Positions 21,201 through 30,496 of a stretch of DNA of 64,000 bases are shown one piece after another. Each line of letters opens with the position of its first letter. The first letter of the stretch is position 1. The DNA is from an uncultured Gemmatimonadales bacterium (GTDB taxonomy: Bacteria; Gemmatimonadota; Gemmatimonadetes; Gemmatimonadales; Gemmatimonadaceae), in NCBI GenBank assembly GCA_963793305.1, contig CAWBZV010000003.1:1120001-1184000 (forward strand). The letters are read 5' to 3'. A program made the position numbers and the translations under genes. The notes beneath the pieces are model-generated. The model searched no databases, had not been told where the DNA came from, and saw nothing but the letters and a program-made list of their open reading frames with translations.

Positions 21201-21267
21201 GCACGGATCAGCGCCGGCGCTCCGAGCACCGATGGCCTGGGCCGCATTTCGCTACACCGGGTCCTGA
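18217..21267 (+). CDS. exported TPR-CHAT (caspase-like) protease
   Basis: N-terminal signal or lipobox (LVGC or ATSC), TPR-like helices, CHAT motifs IVADGELAAVPFAAL, VHFAGHA (His), VLSACET (Cys), FLRAGA..VVGSLWRVDD, WAAF. Confidence 0.92.
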   Translation: MSLRHPAALMLVGCLVAAATSCRREANDADSLVRALASLHMPRSTVARLSIASRYIRCDSLEAGECRHPPAFDGALLARVGAIAARAATRLHDHYDPDAVHAAALIDLLWADPAGNSLRRAISSLRLVAQVSTHPVPLLTDLAAALLLRDAHTGSASDVVEAVDVAQRAVELDSLNAAARFDLALALDRLGLAAQAGRAWRDYVRIDISSPWADEARAGVRRCDSIAAPAHDTASSPQVARVTGWDSVLGAWGTAVSQNSTAHAKASLGRASQLAKLVQRSGDASLAEAVRGMRASSGRRRLALARGYQAYAQGRRAFLAGDMDGARRWLMVAARASSGSVLAAWASVYLAATALQLGDTASAFRLLGPVVRSVDAARYPALAGQMHWTRAVVLIRIGQYEHGLVESQVAERSFARAGERENQGAVAFLQSTAYIALGNLTAAAQSLRRTLLVLRSDRRSVFLHNVLLVWAEMESNGPVRAAKRIVDEDIAVADLSGLPVATVGARTLRARLRALERDTAGAVADLDSARTLIAFVPAGPLYRWLAANLAIAQASLRTKRRARDASLDSAVSFFQEIHSAALEPQALAIRAEARLMLGDTADGAADLRQALTLLAAQGEGVASAPLRVTFLDAARRTIDRLVLLRMQQPAEALAILERGRAAVASAVPDPQRAADEPIRSPSGVVVLDYSVIGDTVLSWTVRDTLVRLHRWTVRSGALFMTIARVVAAMESRSNGTQVERDLSDLYRQLVAPVEADLGRRDTSLMIVADGELAAVPFAALRDGNGHYLVESRLLRFSNSLRDVTAPRSTSRSQPSAVVLIGDPAFAANLHPELERLSGARAEVDSIQAIYPTARVLRDAAADRRAVEAALRGSTVVHFAGHARIDDDEPERSTLVLAGTTPTADLDAASIATQRFSRAPLIVLSACETAVPRAGRSGGLASLTGAFLRAGAIGVVGSLWRVDDHDTQPLMTALHRAYSQSRDGAVALRAAQLQLVHGSAPALRAPMAWAAFRYTGS

Positions 21268-21301
21268 CGTTCCTCATCCATCCCTGAAGGGAGAGTATCC
21301 C

Positions 21302-22342
21302 ATGAGTACGCCATACACGCTGACAGTCACGGTCGCCGGGCTATGCCTGGCGGCTGCCGATGAGCAGGCGACATCGAACGACAACTTGCTGCACGTGCTG
21401 ATGATGCGATACGACCCGCAAAACCAGAATAACATGCAGCACTTCGCGCGCCTGTTGTTCGATGCCGACTATTTAACCGGCGTGGATTCGGGCACGCAGA
21501 CGCTCACGTGCGTCGATCTGTACAACGGAGCGCTCGACTTGGATGTCGGCCCGACAGCCATTGACTTTCAGGCGTCGCCTCCGACCGGTATCGCCAACCT
21601 CAGCACCCTGGCGAGCGTCGCCACCTTAGATCCTACGTACGTGACCGGCAATTCGAATCACATCGCGAACGCGCGACTCACGTTACGGAAAGGTGCATTT
21701 GGCGTGCAAGGTAAGACCGCGAAGTTCGACACGACCGCTGGGCCACAGGACCTCAGCCACTACATGGTCTGGACAATGACCGGTGGTATGACCAAGGACC
21801 AAAACGCGAATAAACAGGACTGCTTGACACTGACATTCCAACAGATGGAGTCGGACAAGAACGATCCGCCAGCGCCGGCCGCGATCCAGCTGTGCCCGAA
21901 GGGAGGCCAGATCAACCTGTACTTCATGAATGCCATGCCCATGGAAATTCCGTCGACCGACGTCCCTGCCGATCCGCAGTCCACCTGGAATCCAGGGGAT
22001 GAGGCGATGCATTTCGATGGCTACTTCAGTGCCTTCCCCGGTACCCCGATGGCGATCATCCAGAAGAGCACACCGAAGCTCCAAAACAAAACGGATCTCC
22101 CCGGCGACAGTCCGCTCGCGGGCTGGAAAGGCGGTTGCGTGTTCTTGACGCGGTCCTCGGGCGCCAAGCTATTCGACGTGCCTTCACCGTTCATCGGTGA
22201 CAACGAGGAGACGATTCTTACGCCGGTCTGCATTCACGCGATTGTGGATGTCGGCGTCACGAACCCAAAGCCGCCAAGCCCGTCGTTACTTGAATCTGCA
22301 GGCCATTCCAGTCACCAGGGGCACGGAAGTCCCGCCATGTGA
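21302..22342 (+). CDS. hypothetical protein downstream of the CHAT protease
   Basis: RBS-like GGGAGAG before ATG 21302. About 346 aa, beta-rich, six Cys, no recognisable family. Confidence 0.7.
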   Translation: MSTPYTLTVTVAGLCLAAADEQATSNDNLLHVLMMRYDPQNQNNMQHFARLLFDADYLTGVDSGTQTLTCVDLYNGALDLDVGPTAIDFQASPPTGIANLSTLASVATLDPTYVTGNSNHIANARLTLRKGAFGVQGKTAKFDTTAGPQDLSHYMVWTMTGGMTKDQNANKQDCLTLTFQQMESDKNDPPAPAAIQLCPKGGQINLYFMNAMPMEIPSTDVPADPQSTWNPGDEAMHFDGYFSAFPGTPMAIIQKSTPKLQNKTDLPGDSPLAGWKGGCVFLTRSSGAKLFDVPSPFIGDNEETILTPVCIHAIVDVGVTNPKPPSPSLLESAGHSSHQGHGSPAM

Positions 22343-23099
22343 TGCCGATGGAAGCCGGTAGCCGGGACATGAGCGCCCGGCTGCCGGCGGACGTGAAGAA
22401 CGCGACGTCGTGGTGCGCGGCCGCAATCCGAGCTGCCTCCATCCAGGCGCCGAGATCGACGGCCTCGCGCCCCGCGATCACGGCGGCCAGGGGCGCGCCG
22501 AGCGCGAGGAGGGAATCGCGCCCATGAGCGTCACGGGTCGTGTCCACCATCTGCCGAAAAATTTGAGCGACCGAGGCTGATCCGGGCACCGCATCGAGCA
22601 AGACTGCGATATCGGCAGCGCTACGCGCCGCGCGTGCATCGCTCGCTCGGATTTCGAGTATGAGGTCCGTGAGATGTGCGCCCAGACGTATCGCCCGAGC
22701 GCTGTCAGTCAGCGGCTCAGCCGTACCCCGTGTCGTAGCCCATGGCGCTCCGTTCCAATCGGATGGAAGCGTCGATTCGCTCGCCAACGACACAGCAAAT
22801 CGCCGGGGGTCTGCGGAGGGCGCCGACGCAGGGTACATGCGAGCGAGCGACACGATGGTGATGATCGCAACGATACTGGCGGCGATGGCCAGACCAGCCC
22901 TGCGCCACCGGAGCGAGCGCGCCGGCAGTGCTTTGGCCCGGGGCCCCTCCCCGTGGATCACGCCCGCCGCATCAACGAACGCCTCGAGCGCCACATCAGA
23001 GGTCCCGAGGCGCGCGAGGATCTCTTCGCGTTGACGAGCATCGAGCCGCCCATCAAGCAGCGCTGCGATCCGTTCCGCGTCATCCAAGGGATCCGTCAT
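22257..23099 (-). CDS. putative membrane-anchored anti-sigma factor
   Basis: N-terminal DAERIAALLDGRLDARQREEILARL resembles a zf-HC2 anti-sigma domain but lacks the HxxxCxxC ligands. One TM helix after RWRR, then an extracytoplasmic domain. Directly follows the ECF sigma gene. Confidence 0.72.
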   Translation of the reverse strand: MTDPLDDAERIAALLDGRLDARQREEILARLGTSDVALEAFVDAAGVIHGEGPRAKALPARSLRWRRAGLAIAASIVAIITIVSLARMYPASAPSADPRRFAVSLASESTLPSDWNGAPWATTRGTAEPLTDSARAIRLGAHLTDLILEIRASDARAARSAADIAVLLDAVPGSASVAQIFRQMVDTTRDAHGRDSLLALGAPLAAVIAGREAVDLGAWMEAARIAAAHHDVAFFTSAGSRALMSRLPASIGITWRDFRAPGDWNGLQIQVTTGLAALGS

Positions 23100-23154
23100 G
23101 CGATGGGTTCTCCTGGCATATCCACGAAGATTGGATGATCCCGCGCCCAGTCTT

Positions 23155-23922
23155 TCACTGCTCGAGCTCGCTTAACATTGTCTGGACGCGCTCGCGCGAG
23201 ACACCCGACAGCTCGACGCAACGACGTATATCAGCTAACGCGCGCTCGATACGGCGATAGAGCGGCTTCTGCGGCATACCAAGAGCTCGCGAAATCTCGG
23301 CAACCGTCATGCCCTCCCAGAAGCGCATTCGGATGATCGCCCGATCCTCGCTGGACAGGCGGTCGAGCGCAGCCTCTACCGCCTGTTCGGCATGACGCCG
23401 ATCATCGTCCCATGCGGCTAGCTCGCTCGCATCCGCCGCGGGTACCTCGGCAAGCGGCGCTGATCCGACCTCGAGGGGCCGCATCGGATCGCGGAGGGGT
23501 AACTGCGAAAGTATCGCCGCCAGATCCCGATCGGACATCGCGGTATCTCCCCGCGTCCGCAAGACCTCGGCCGCCTGATCGAGCCGGTGCCCATCGCGGT
23601 AGACCAAGGTCTCGAGTTGGACCGCGATCCGGCCACGCCGGCACGCCGCCGCGGAGGGGCGCCAGCGGCCCCAGCGCTGGACGCGGTAGTCGCGGGCCAG
23701 CATCGCTATGACGACCGTGAGGTAGGTGCCGAGCGCGCTCTCGCCTCGGAACTTACCGAGAATCGCATAGTCGTTCTCGACGAGCTTGAGCTTGATCCAC
23801 GAGCCGAAATCGGCGGTGTCGTCTCCAGTCATCCCGTGACGCCGGCAGATCGCGCCCGCGATCCGCTCGATGGCGCCGAGGTGACTCAAGAATAGCGCTT
23901 CGAGCTGTTGCCGCGCCGCCAT
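23155..23922 (-). CDS. ECF-type RNA polymerase sigma factor
   Basis: Region 2 (DDTADF..LKLVENDYAILGKFRGESALGTYL) and region 4 (LSSEDRAIIRMRFWEGMTVAEISRAL). Confidence 0.9.
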   Translation of the reverse strand: MAARQQLEALFLSHLGAIERIAGAICRRHGMTGDDTADFGSWIKLKLVENDYAILGKFRGESALGTYLTVVIAMLARDYRVQRWGRWRPSAAACRRGRIAVQLETLVYRDGHRLDQAAEVLRTRGDTAMSDRDLAAILSQLPLRDPMRPLEVGSAPLAEVPAADASELAAWDDDRRHAEQAVEAALDRLSSEDRAIIRMRFWEGMTVAEISRALGMPQKPLYRRIERALADIRRCVELSGVSRERVQTMLSELEQ

Positions 23923-24083
23923 GAGGCAAAAGCTACAATCGGGTGGACTTCGCCGCCGATAGGTCGCGATCATGGCAGCGATCATAGCCGGACCTGCGCA
24001 GGCTGTCCTTAAGCGATCGCTAAATCATTCTCAAATGTTCTCGCTATTCGCGAAACCGCGACCGAGCGTCCGTCTAATGAGCT

Positions 24084-24659
24084 GTGACCCTACCTCTCGT
24101 CATTTCAGTCCTGCAAGCGCTGGATCTCGCCGCCATGGTGGCCGATGGTGCCGGTCGGGAGGTGCGAGAGACCGCGCGACTCGGCCGGCTACTCGCTGAA
24201 GACGCGGACAGCTCCGATGTGCGCGCTCGCCTTTTGCAACTCGTTCGCAAACGGTTAACACGGAATGGCGTTGGCGCACCGGTCACGGTTGAAACGCGAC
24301 GAGGGGTGTACACGCTGTTGGCGGTTCCGTGGCCCCAGCCGGATGGTGTGGTCACCCTCGGCATCGGCCTCGCGACCGTGAGCGGGAATCTCGCGGTCGA
24401 CCCCAGTGTCAGGCAGCGGTTCGGCCTCACCCCCCGCGAAAGCGACGTCGCGTCACGCCTCGCAGCCGGCGCGTCGAGCCGGGAGGTGGCTGAGAGTCTC
24501 GGCATGAGCGTGCATACCGCGCGGAGACACACGGAGCGCGTCTTGCAGAAATGCAATGTGCGGCGGAGGGCCGGGGTTGCCGCGGCGCTCTACGCGGCGT
24601 GGTTGCCGGAGCCAGTGGCTACGACGATACCTCGCTCGTCGCCAGCGATGCGTCCGTGA
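24084..24659 (+). CDS. LuxR-type HTH regulator without a receiver domain
   Basis: FGLTPRESDVASRLAAGASSREVAESLGMSVHTARRHTERVLQK. Start uncertain. Confidence 0.85.
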   Translation: MTLPLVISVLQALDLAAMVADGAGREVRETARLGRLLAEDADSSDVRARLLQLVRKRLTRNGVGAPVTVETRRGVYTLLAVPWPQPDGVVTLGIGLATVSGNLAVDPSVRQRFGLTPRESDVASRLAAGASSREVAESLGMSVHTARRHTERVLQKCNVRRRAGVAAALYAAWLPEPVATTIPRSSPAMRP

Positions 24660-25032
24660 GGTACGGCGTGATCTCACGAAACGCGCTGTCGCGCACGCCG
24701 ATCGTCGTGACGCCATCGAGGTCGAGCACGCGCGTGTGCAACCACAGGAATTGGTGGCCGCCCGCATAGCGGATCAGCGACCACGGAATCAAAAGCGGCG
24801 GGTGGAACAACACGAGCGGGTGACTGTGGAGATAGAGCCCCGCCGTGGTGGGAATCATCACCGTACTGCGACTGCGCGCGACCTGGCCGGCGAGTCGCGG
24901 GCCGTCCGGCTGCGCACCGGCGCGGAAGCGCCGGGCGAGAGCGGACCATCCACTGGTATAGGCGACGATCGCGTTGCTCAGGAGCCAGAGGCCGAGCAAC
25001 ACGAGGGCGGCCCACCAGGGCGCGTGTAGCAT
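24619..25032 (-). CDS. small membrane-anchored hypothetical protein
   Basis: N-terminal TM helix, SGWSALARRF, FHPPLLIPWS. Confidence 0.65.
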   Translation of the reverse strand: MLHAPWWAALVLLGLWLLSNAIVAYTSGWSALARRFRAGAQPDGPRLAGQVARSRSTVMIPTTAGLYLHSHPLVLFHPPLLIPWSLIRYAGGHQFLWLHTRVLDLDGVTTIGVRDSAFREITPYLTDASLATSEVSS

Positions 25033-25070
25033 ATACGCAAACCTAGCAGGAAGACCGGCGCGCTCACGGC

Positions 25071-26143
25071 CTAGGGGACAGACAGTCCCAAACTTTTCAG
25101 CAGTGAAAGAGCGAGCTTGCTCAGGTCGACCTCGTCCATGTTGGCGAGAAGTACGACACCCGTCTCGCGATCGAGATCGAGGACGACATAAGTACTGGTT
25201 CCCTGCTGGCCACCGGAGTGGCCAACGCAATGGACGCACGTGCTGTCACCGATCCCCCAGCCAAGGCCGTACCCGGTCACCGAGTCGCGCGTGGTGCGTT
25301 GCGGGGTCCACATCAGCGTGCGAGTCGAGCGCCGCATCAGCTTATCGTGATAGAGCGCCGACTCGAACTTGGCCAGATCGGTGGCCGACGACAGCCAGCC
25401 GCCGCCCGGCACCTTGTAGCTCGCGTCGAGGAAATCCGCGTTCTGAACCTGCTCGGTCGAGTCTCTATGGTAGAAGCGCGTCCGATGGCGAATGATCGCA
25501 AACCGGTCGTCGGCCCGCGTCTCGGTCATTCCCGCTGGCACAAACACATTTTCCCGCACGGCGTCCACGTATGAGGTGCCCGCCGCGCCGGCGATGGCGC
25601 ATCCGACGAGCGTGTAGCCCATCGTCGAGTAGTTGAATCTGGTGCCCGGCTGCGCGACCAACGTGTCGGACGCGAAGAACGCGATGCCACCCGCGATCCC
25701 ATCGGTGAAGTGCTTCGTGTTCCCGCCCTCGAGGTCATCCGCGGCCTGGACTTATAGTGCCGAATCCCGCCAAGGTGGCCGAGCAGCTCGCGCGTCGTGA
25801 TGGGCCACGGCTTCTCGGGGAAGCCCGGGCAGTATCGCTGGATCGGCGCGTCGAGATCCAATTTGCCGCGCTCCCACAGGACCATCGCCTCGGTGGCCGT
25901 AATTGGTTTGGAAACCGATCCGAGACGGAAGAGCGTATGCGCCGTCACCGGAACGGCATTCTCGAGGTCCGCCATCCCATAGCCCTTGGCCCACACCGGA
26001 TTGCCGCGGACCACGGCCGCCACCGCGATACCCGGTGCGTGAGTCGTCGCCATGAACTTCGCGATCGCGCTGTCGACGCGCGCCGGCTGGGCCGACGCGA
26101 CTCCCGAGAGCGCGAGGAACGCCAGTACGGGGAGTTGTCGCAT
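25071..26143 (-). pseudogene. serine hydrolase (beta-lactamase/PBP family), frameshifted near 25745
   Basis: Signal peptide, FRLGSVSK, LLGHLGGIRHY; then FNYSTMGY and GHSGGQQG in another frame. Confidence 0.85.
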
Positions 26144-26172
26144 GACCGACAATCTACAGTCTAATATTAGAG

Positions 26173-28034
26173 GTGCGCTCAGTAGCGCTCATGCTCTGTG
26201 TGTGTGCCGCGACGGCCGCCGGTCAAGCGGGCGGCACGCTCGTGACCACGATCGTCGAGCGGGAGACGCACGCTCCGCTTGGCTTTAGCACGGTCACGGT
26301 GACGGCGGTCGGGCGAAGCGACTCGGTCGCTCGATTCACGGACGACGCCGGCCAGACGCTGTTTGCCCCACTGGCACCCGGCCGATATCGGATTCGGGCG
26401 CGCGAGCTCGGATTCGCGCCCGCCGATACGGTCGTCGACTTCGCCGACAATGTCCCGCACTGGGGTGTCGTGCTCACGCTGCACGCGATACCGCAGCAGT
26501 TGGAGACGGTCGACGTGCGTGAGCAGGGCGTCTGCCGGCAACCGGGCATACCGGACGAGATCGCGTCGCAGATTCACGAGAACGCCCAATCGCGCGCGTC
26601 TGCTCGCCGCCGCGTATCCGTACTATTACCAGCGCGAGGAGCACATCGCGAACGCGTACGACACGGCGACGTACGACAGTCGAAGCTACGTCACGTACCG
26701 CGTCGGTCACTGGTGCATGCGACGCGCGATCCCCATGGCGCGCGAGTGGTGGTCGTCGTCGCTGCCGCACCTTCAGGATCTCGCCGATAGCGGATTTCAG
26801 CGCGTCCACTGTTTTGGTATGCGGGCGCGATAGCTCCGGCGTCCGAATCGATGTCGAGCCGTTCGTCACGCTCGGCGACGCCGACGTCGCGGCGCGGTTC
26901 TATCTCGATCCGGAGCACTTCGTCGTCCGTCGCGCGACGTTTCGGGTGACCCACACCGAGCGCATCGACCCGACGCTCGAGTCGCAGGTCGTCGAGACGC
27001 GATATCGCGAGTTGGCTCCGCTGGTCGCGGTGCCCGATTCGATCGTCTCGACGACCAAAATGCGGGCGCCATGGCAGGGAGGGACACGCACGATCGTCGA
27101 GCAGGATCGGCTGATCACCGTCTGGGACGTGACCGGCGTGATGGCGGATAGCTCGGGCGGTAAGGCGGTGGCTGCCTTGCTCGACTCCGCCAGCACCGAC
27201 GCTCCGCCAGGGCAGTCGACGCGCAACGTCCACGGCCGGTTGATCGCCGCCGACAGCGCGCCGCTCGTCGGCGCGCATGTCGAGATCCTGGGGCTGCACA
27301 TGGCGGCGGTCGCGGGCGACAGCGGGCAGTTCGACCTCCATGACGTCCCAATCAGCGAGCAGACGTTGTTCATTCGCCGGATCGGGTACCGGCCGACGAC
27401 GGCCACGCTGCCTGCCACGACGCGCCGCGTCACGATCCGGATTCCGGCGTCGAGCGTCGTGACGTTGGATCCCGTGGTGGTGCAGGCGCAGCGTACGGCG
27501 GCCGCGTATCACCAGATCGGGTTCGATTTACGCCGGAAGACGGAGCGCGGGTTCTTCCTCGACGCCGATCAGATCAAGCGTCTGGGCGCATCCAAGTTGT
27601 TCGAGCTGGCCGCGCGCGCGCCCTGGATACGATACGTCCACCCCGGTGGGGTGCAGGCGGCGTCCCCTGCACCGTCACTGCGCGCTTTGACTCCCCAGCA
27701 GGGGCTGACGCGGGCCGGCGCCGGTCACGATGAAGACGCGCTGGGGCCGCACATCGCGTCCGATTCGTTGCGGGTCGAAGGCGATGTGTCGTGCCTGGGT
27801 ACGGGCTGCGCTCCGTGCCTCAGCTACTTTGCCGACGGGCAGATGATCCGCGACGGCGAATCCATTCATCCGTCGCTCACATTCCGCGACATCGAGGCGC
27901 AGTACCCGCCGGACCGAATCGCGGCGCTTGAGGTGTATGAGCCGTACGCGGTCCCATCGGCGATCAGCGCGCAGGGCGGCGCCGGATGCGCGGTGATCAT
28001 GATCTGGACGAAGCGATATCTGGGGATCGAGTAG
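26173..28034 (+). pseudogene. exported protein with carboxypeptidase-regulatory-like (beta-sandwich) domains, frameshifted near 26590 and 26820
   Basis: TDDAGQTLFAPLAPGRYRIRARELGF and GDSGQFDLHDVP..RRIGYRP repeats; C-terminal IAALEVY...CAVIMIWTK. Spread over three frames. Confidence 0.7.
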
Positions 28035-28977
28035 CTAGGCTGATCGGTTCAACAGGGGCTCGCCGCGGCGAAATCGCTCGATGTTGGCGGTAAACCCGTC
28101 GACGATCTCGCCGTAGGAGCGGTCGGTCACTCCGGCGATGTGCGGGGTCGCGATGACGTTCGGCAACGCCAACAGCGGGTCGTCCGGCGACACCGGCTCC
28201 TGCCAGAAGACATCGAGTGCCGCACCCGCGAGTCGCCCACTCTCGAGCGCGTCATACAGCGCCCGGTAGTCAACCAAGGGACCCCGGGCGGCGTTCACGA
28301 AATACGCCCCTTTGGGTAGCTGCCCGAATACCGCCGCATCCACGATTCCCTTCGTGGCCTCGCTCAGCCGAATGCATGGCACCAGGATGTCGGTCTGCGC
28401 GAGACACGCGGCGCGATCGCCGGGAGCGTAGCAGGCATCGAGGCCATACGCCGCGACCTTCGGGGACGACGGATCGCGCGTGATCCCGAGCAGCTTCACG
28501 CCCATCGGACGGAACCGCAGGGCCAACGAGAGTGCGGTCGCTCCCAGTCCCCACAGGCACACCGTGCGGCCCGCGAGCATGCGGCCTTGTGGCGCTCCCA
28601 ACGTACGCGTGCGGATGTTGGCTTGGGCCAGCGGCAACTCCCTGAGCAGCGCGAGCACCAGCATCAACACATGCTCGGCCACCGACTCGGCATTGCTACC
28701 CGACGCCGGCAGGGCCGCCACGGGAATCTGCCGCTCGCGCGCGGCGACCAAATCAACGCCCTCGAGCCCAGACCCGACCTGCTGAATGAGCCTCGGCCGC
28801 AGCGCGTCCATTACGACCGCATCGATCCTGAACATCATGGGAACGAGGACGTCGATGTCGGTCATTTCGGGAATGACGTTCCGGTCGCGCCAGAACGTCG
28901 AGCTCATCAGACGGAAGCCGCTCGGCGATCATCGCCCGAGCCGACGGGAACGTCTCCCCTCCAAACACAATGCGCAT
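28035..28977 (-). pseudogene. D-isomer-specific 2-hydroxyacid dehydrogenase, frameshifted near 28890
   Basis: GSGLEGVD, NAESVAEH, VNAARGPLVD, DVFWQEP, TPHIAG. N-terminus MRIVFGGE is in another frame. Confidence 0.85.
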
Positions 28978-29020
28978 TGGCGTTGATTTATTCTATTGAT
29001 TTGACGAAATTGGAGATCCT

Positions 29021-30496
29021 ATGCGAGCTGAGCCATTACGTGCCGTTCTGGTGCTGGGTCTCGCCGCATGCGGCAGCGCCAGCACCACACCCTCCGGTAC
29101 AAAGCCACCGCCGGTAACGTCGGTCGGCGACACGATCACTGTCGATCCCTCGTCTTCCGGCCCGACGATCTCCTCGCTCGTCCTCGGCGCCAACATGGCG
29201 ATGTGGTACGACATCACCCAACCCGGCATCGCCTCGAGCCTCCAGACCGCCGGCTTCGCCGCGACGCGCTGGCCCGGTGGGTCGGAGTCCGACTCCTACT
29301 ATTGGAAACGCAACGTCGTGTGCTCGGGCGGAGGATACACGAGCCCCAACTCGACGTTCGATCACTTCATGGCCGACGTCGCGCAGCCCGCACACCTGGA
29401 CGTCGCCATTACGCTGAACTACGGCAGCGACTCGACGTGCGCGCTGCCCGGCGATCCAGCGGTCGCCGCGGCGTGGGTCGCCTATGCTCACGCGCAAAAT
29501 TATCAGATCACGCACTGGACCGTGGGCAATGAGAGCTACGGTCACTGGGAGACCGACCTTCACGCGAATCAATGGGACCCGACGACGTACGCCGCGGCGG
29601 TGAAGAATGGCTACTACCCGCAGATCAAGACCGCCGACGCCACGGCCCTCGTCGGCGTCGTCGTCTCCGGCGGTGGATTCAACAACTGGGACCAGACCGT
29701 CCTGGCGAACGCGCCATACGACTACGTCGAGCTCCACTACTACGATCAAAACCCGGGCTCGGAGTCTGATACGGGTCTCATCCTGCATGGAGCCAGCCGA
29801 CTCGCGACCGCCGTGCAGACGGTACAGACTGAGCTGTCGCAAGCCGGAAAAGCCGGCGTGCCGATCTACGTTGGCGAGCTGGGCTCCGTCAACACCAATC
29901 CCGGCAAGCAGACGATGTCGATCACCCAAGCGCTCTACGCCGCTCAAGCGATCGGCACGCTGATGCAACTCGGCGTCCCGCGCGCGACGTGGTGGCTCGC
30001 GCTCGGCGGTTGCAACACATCGTCCACCGGCAATTTCTCGTCGTCCCTCTACGGATGGCAGAGCTTCGCCGGCTACATGATCCTCTCCGACGGCATCCCG
30101 ACGCCCTACGAGTGCACCGGCGAACCCAACGTCCCACTCGGCACGCTGCTCCCGACCGCCCGCGCCTATCAGGTGCTCTCCCAGTTCGCCGTCACCGGCG
30201 AACACATGGTCGCCGTCTCACTCGGCGACTCCTTACCGACCATCCGCGCCTGGGCCGCAACGTCGGGCTCAGGCTACGCGCTTCTGCTGGTGAACGTCGA
30301 TCGTGCCACGACGAAGACGGCGCCCTTGATCATCAAGGGGCACTCATTGCCCGCGAGTGTGACCGTCACGACCTACGGCAAAGCGCAGTACGACGACTCC
30401 AAGAACAACATCTGGACCAGTCCGACGCAATCGACCGTCACCACCGGCTCGATTACGTTGCCACCATGGAGCCTGACGGTCGTCCGGGCGCCCTGA
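29021..30496 (+). CDS. lipoprotein glycoside hydrolase of clan GH-A (GH51/GH44/GH79-like)
   Basis: Lipobox LAAC, RWPGGS, WTVGNE (acid/base), YVGELG (nucleophile), C-terminal beta sandwich ending LPPWSLTV. Confidence 0.8.
   Translation: MRAEPLRAVLVLGLAACGSASTTPSGTKPPPVTSVGDTITVDPSSSGPTISSLVLGANMAMWYDITQPGIASSLQTAGFAATRWPGGSESDSYYWKRNVVCSGGGYTSPNSTFDHFMADVAQPAHLDVAITLNYGSDSTCALPGDPAVAAAWVAYAHAQNYQITHWTVGNESYGHWETDLHANQWDPTTYAAAVKNGYYPQIKTADATALVGVVVSGGGFNNWDQTVLANAPYDYVELHYYDQNPGSESDTGLILHGASRLATAVQTVQTELSQAGKAGVPIYVGELGSVNTNPGKQTMSITQALYAAQAIGTLMQLGVPRATWWLALGGCNTSSTGNFSSSLYGWQSFAGYMILSDGIPTPYECTGEPNVPLGTLLPTARAYQVLSQFAVTGEHMVAVSLGDSLPTIRAWAATSGSGYALLLVNVDRATTKTAPLIIKGHSLPASVTVTTYGKAQYDDSKNNIWTSPTQSTVTTGSITLPPWSLTVVRAP

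Noticed and set aside
24012..24021. AGCGATCGCT palindrome as a LuxR operator
   Set aside because: It is a single short palindrome built on CGATCG, which is very common throughout this sequence.
15313..24659. Type III-E CRISPR (Craspase) locus or prophage
   Set aside because: No Cas7-11, repeats, integrase or phage structural genes are visible. Only the CHAT-plus-sigma logic is shared.
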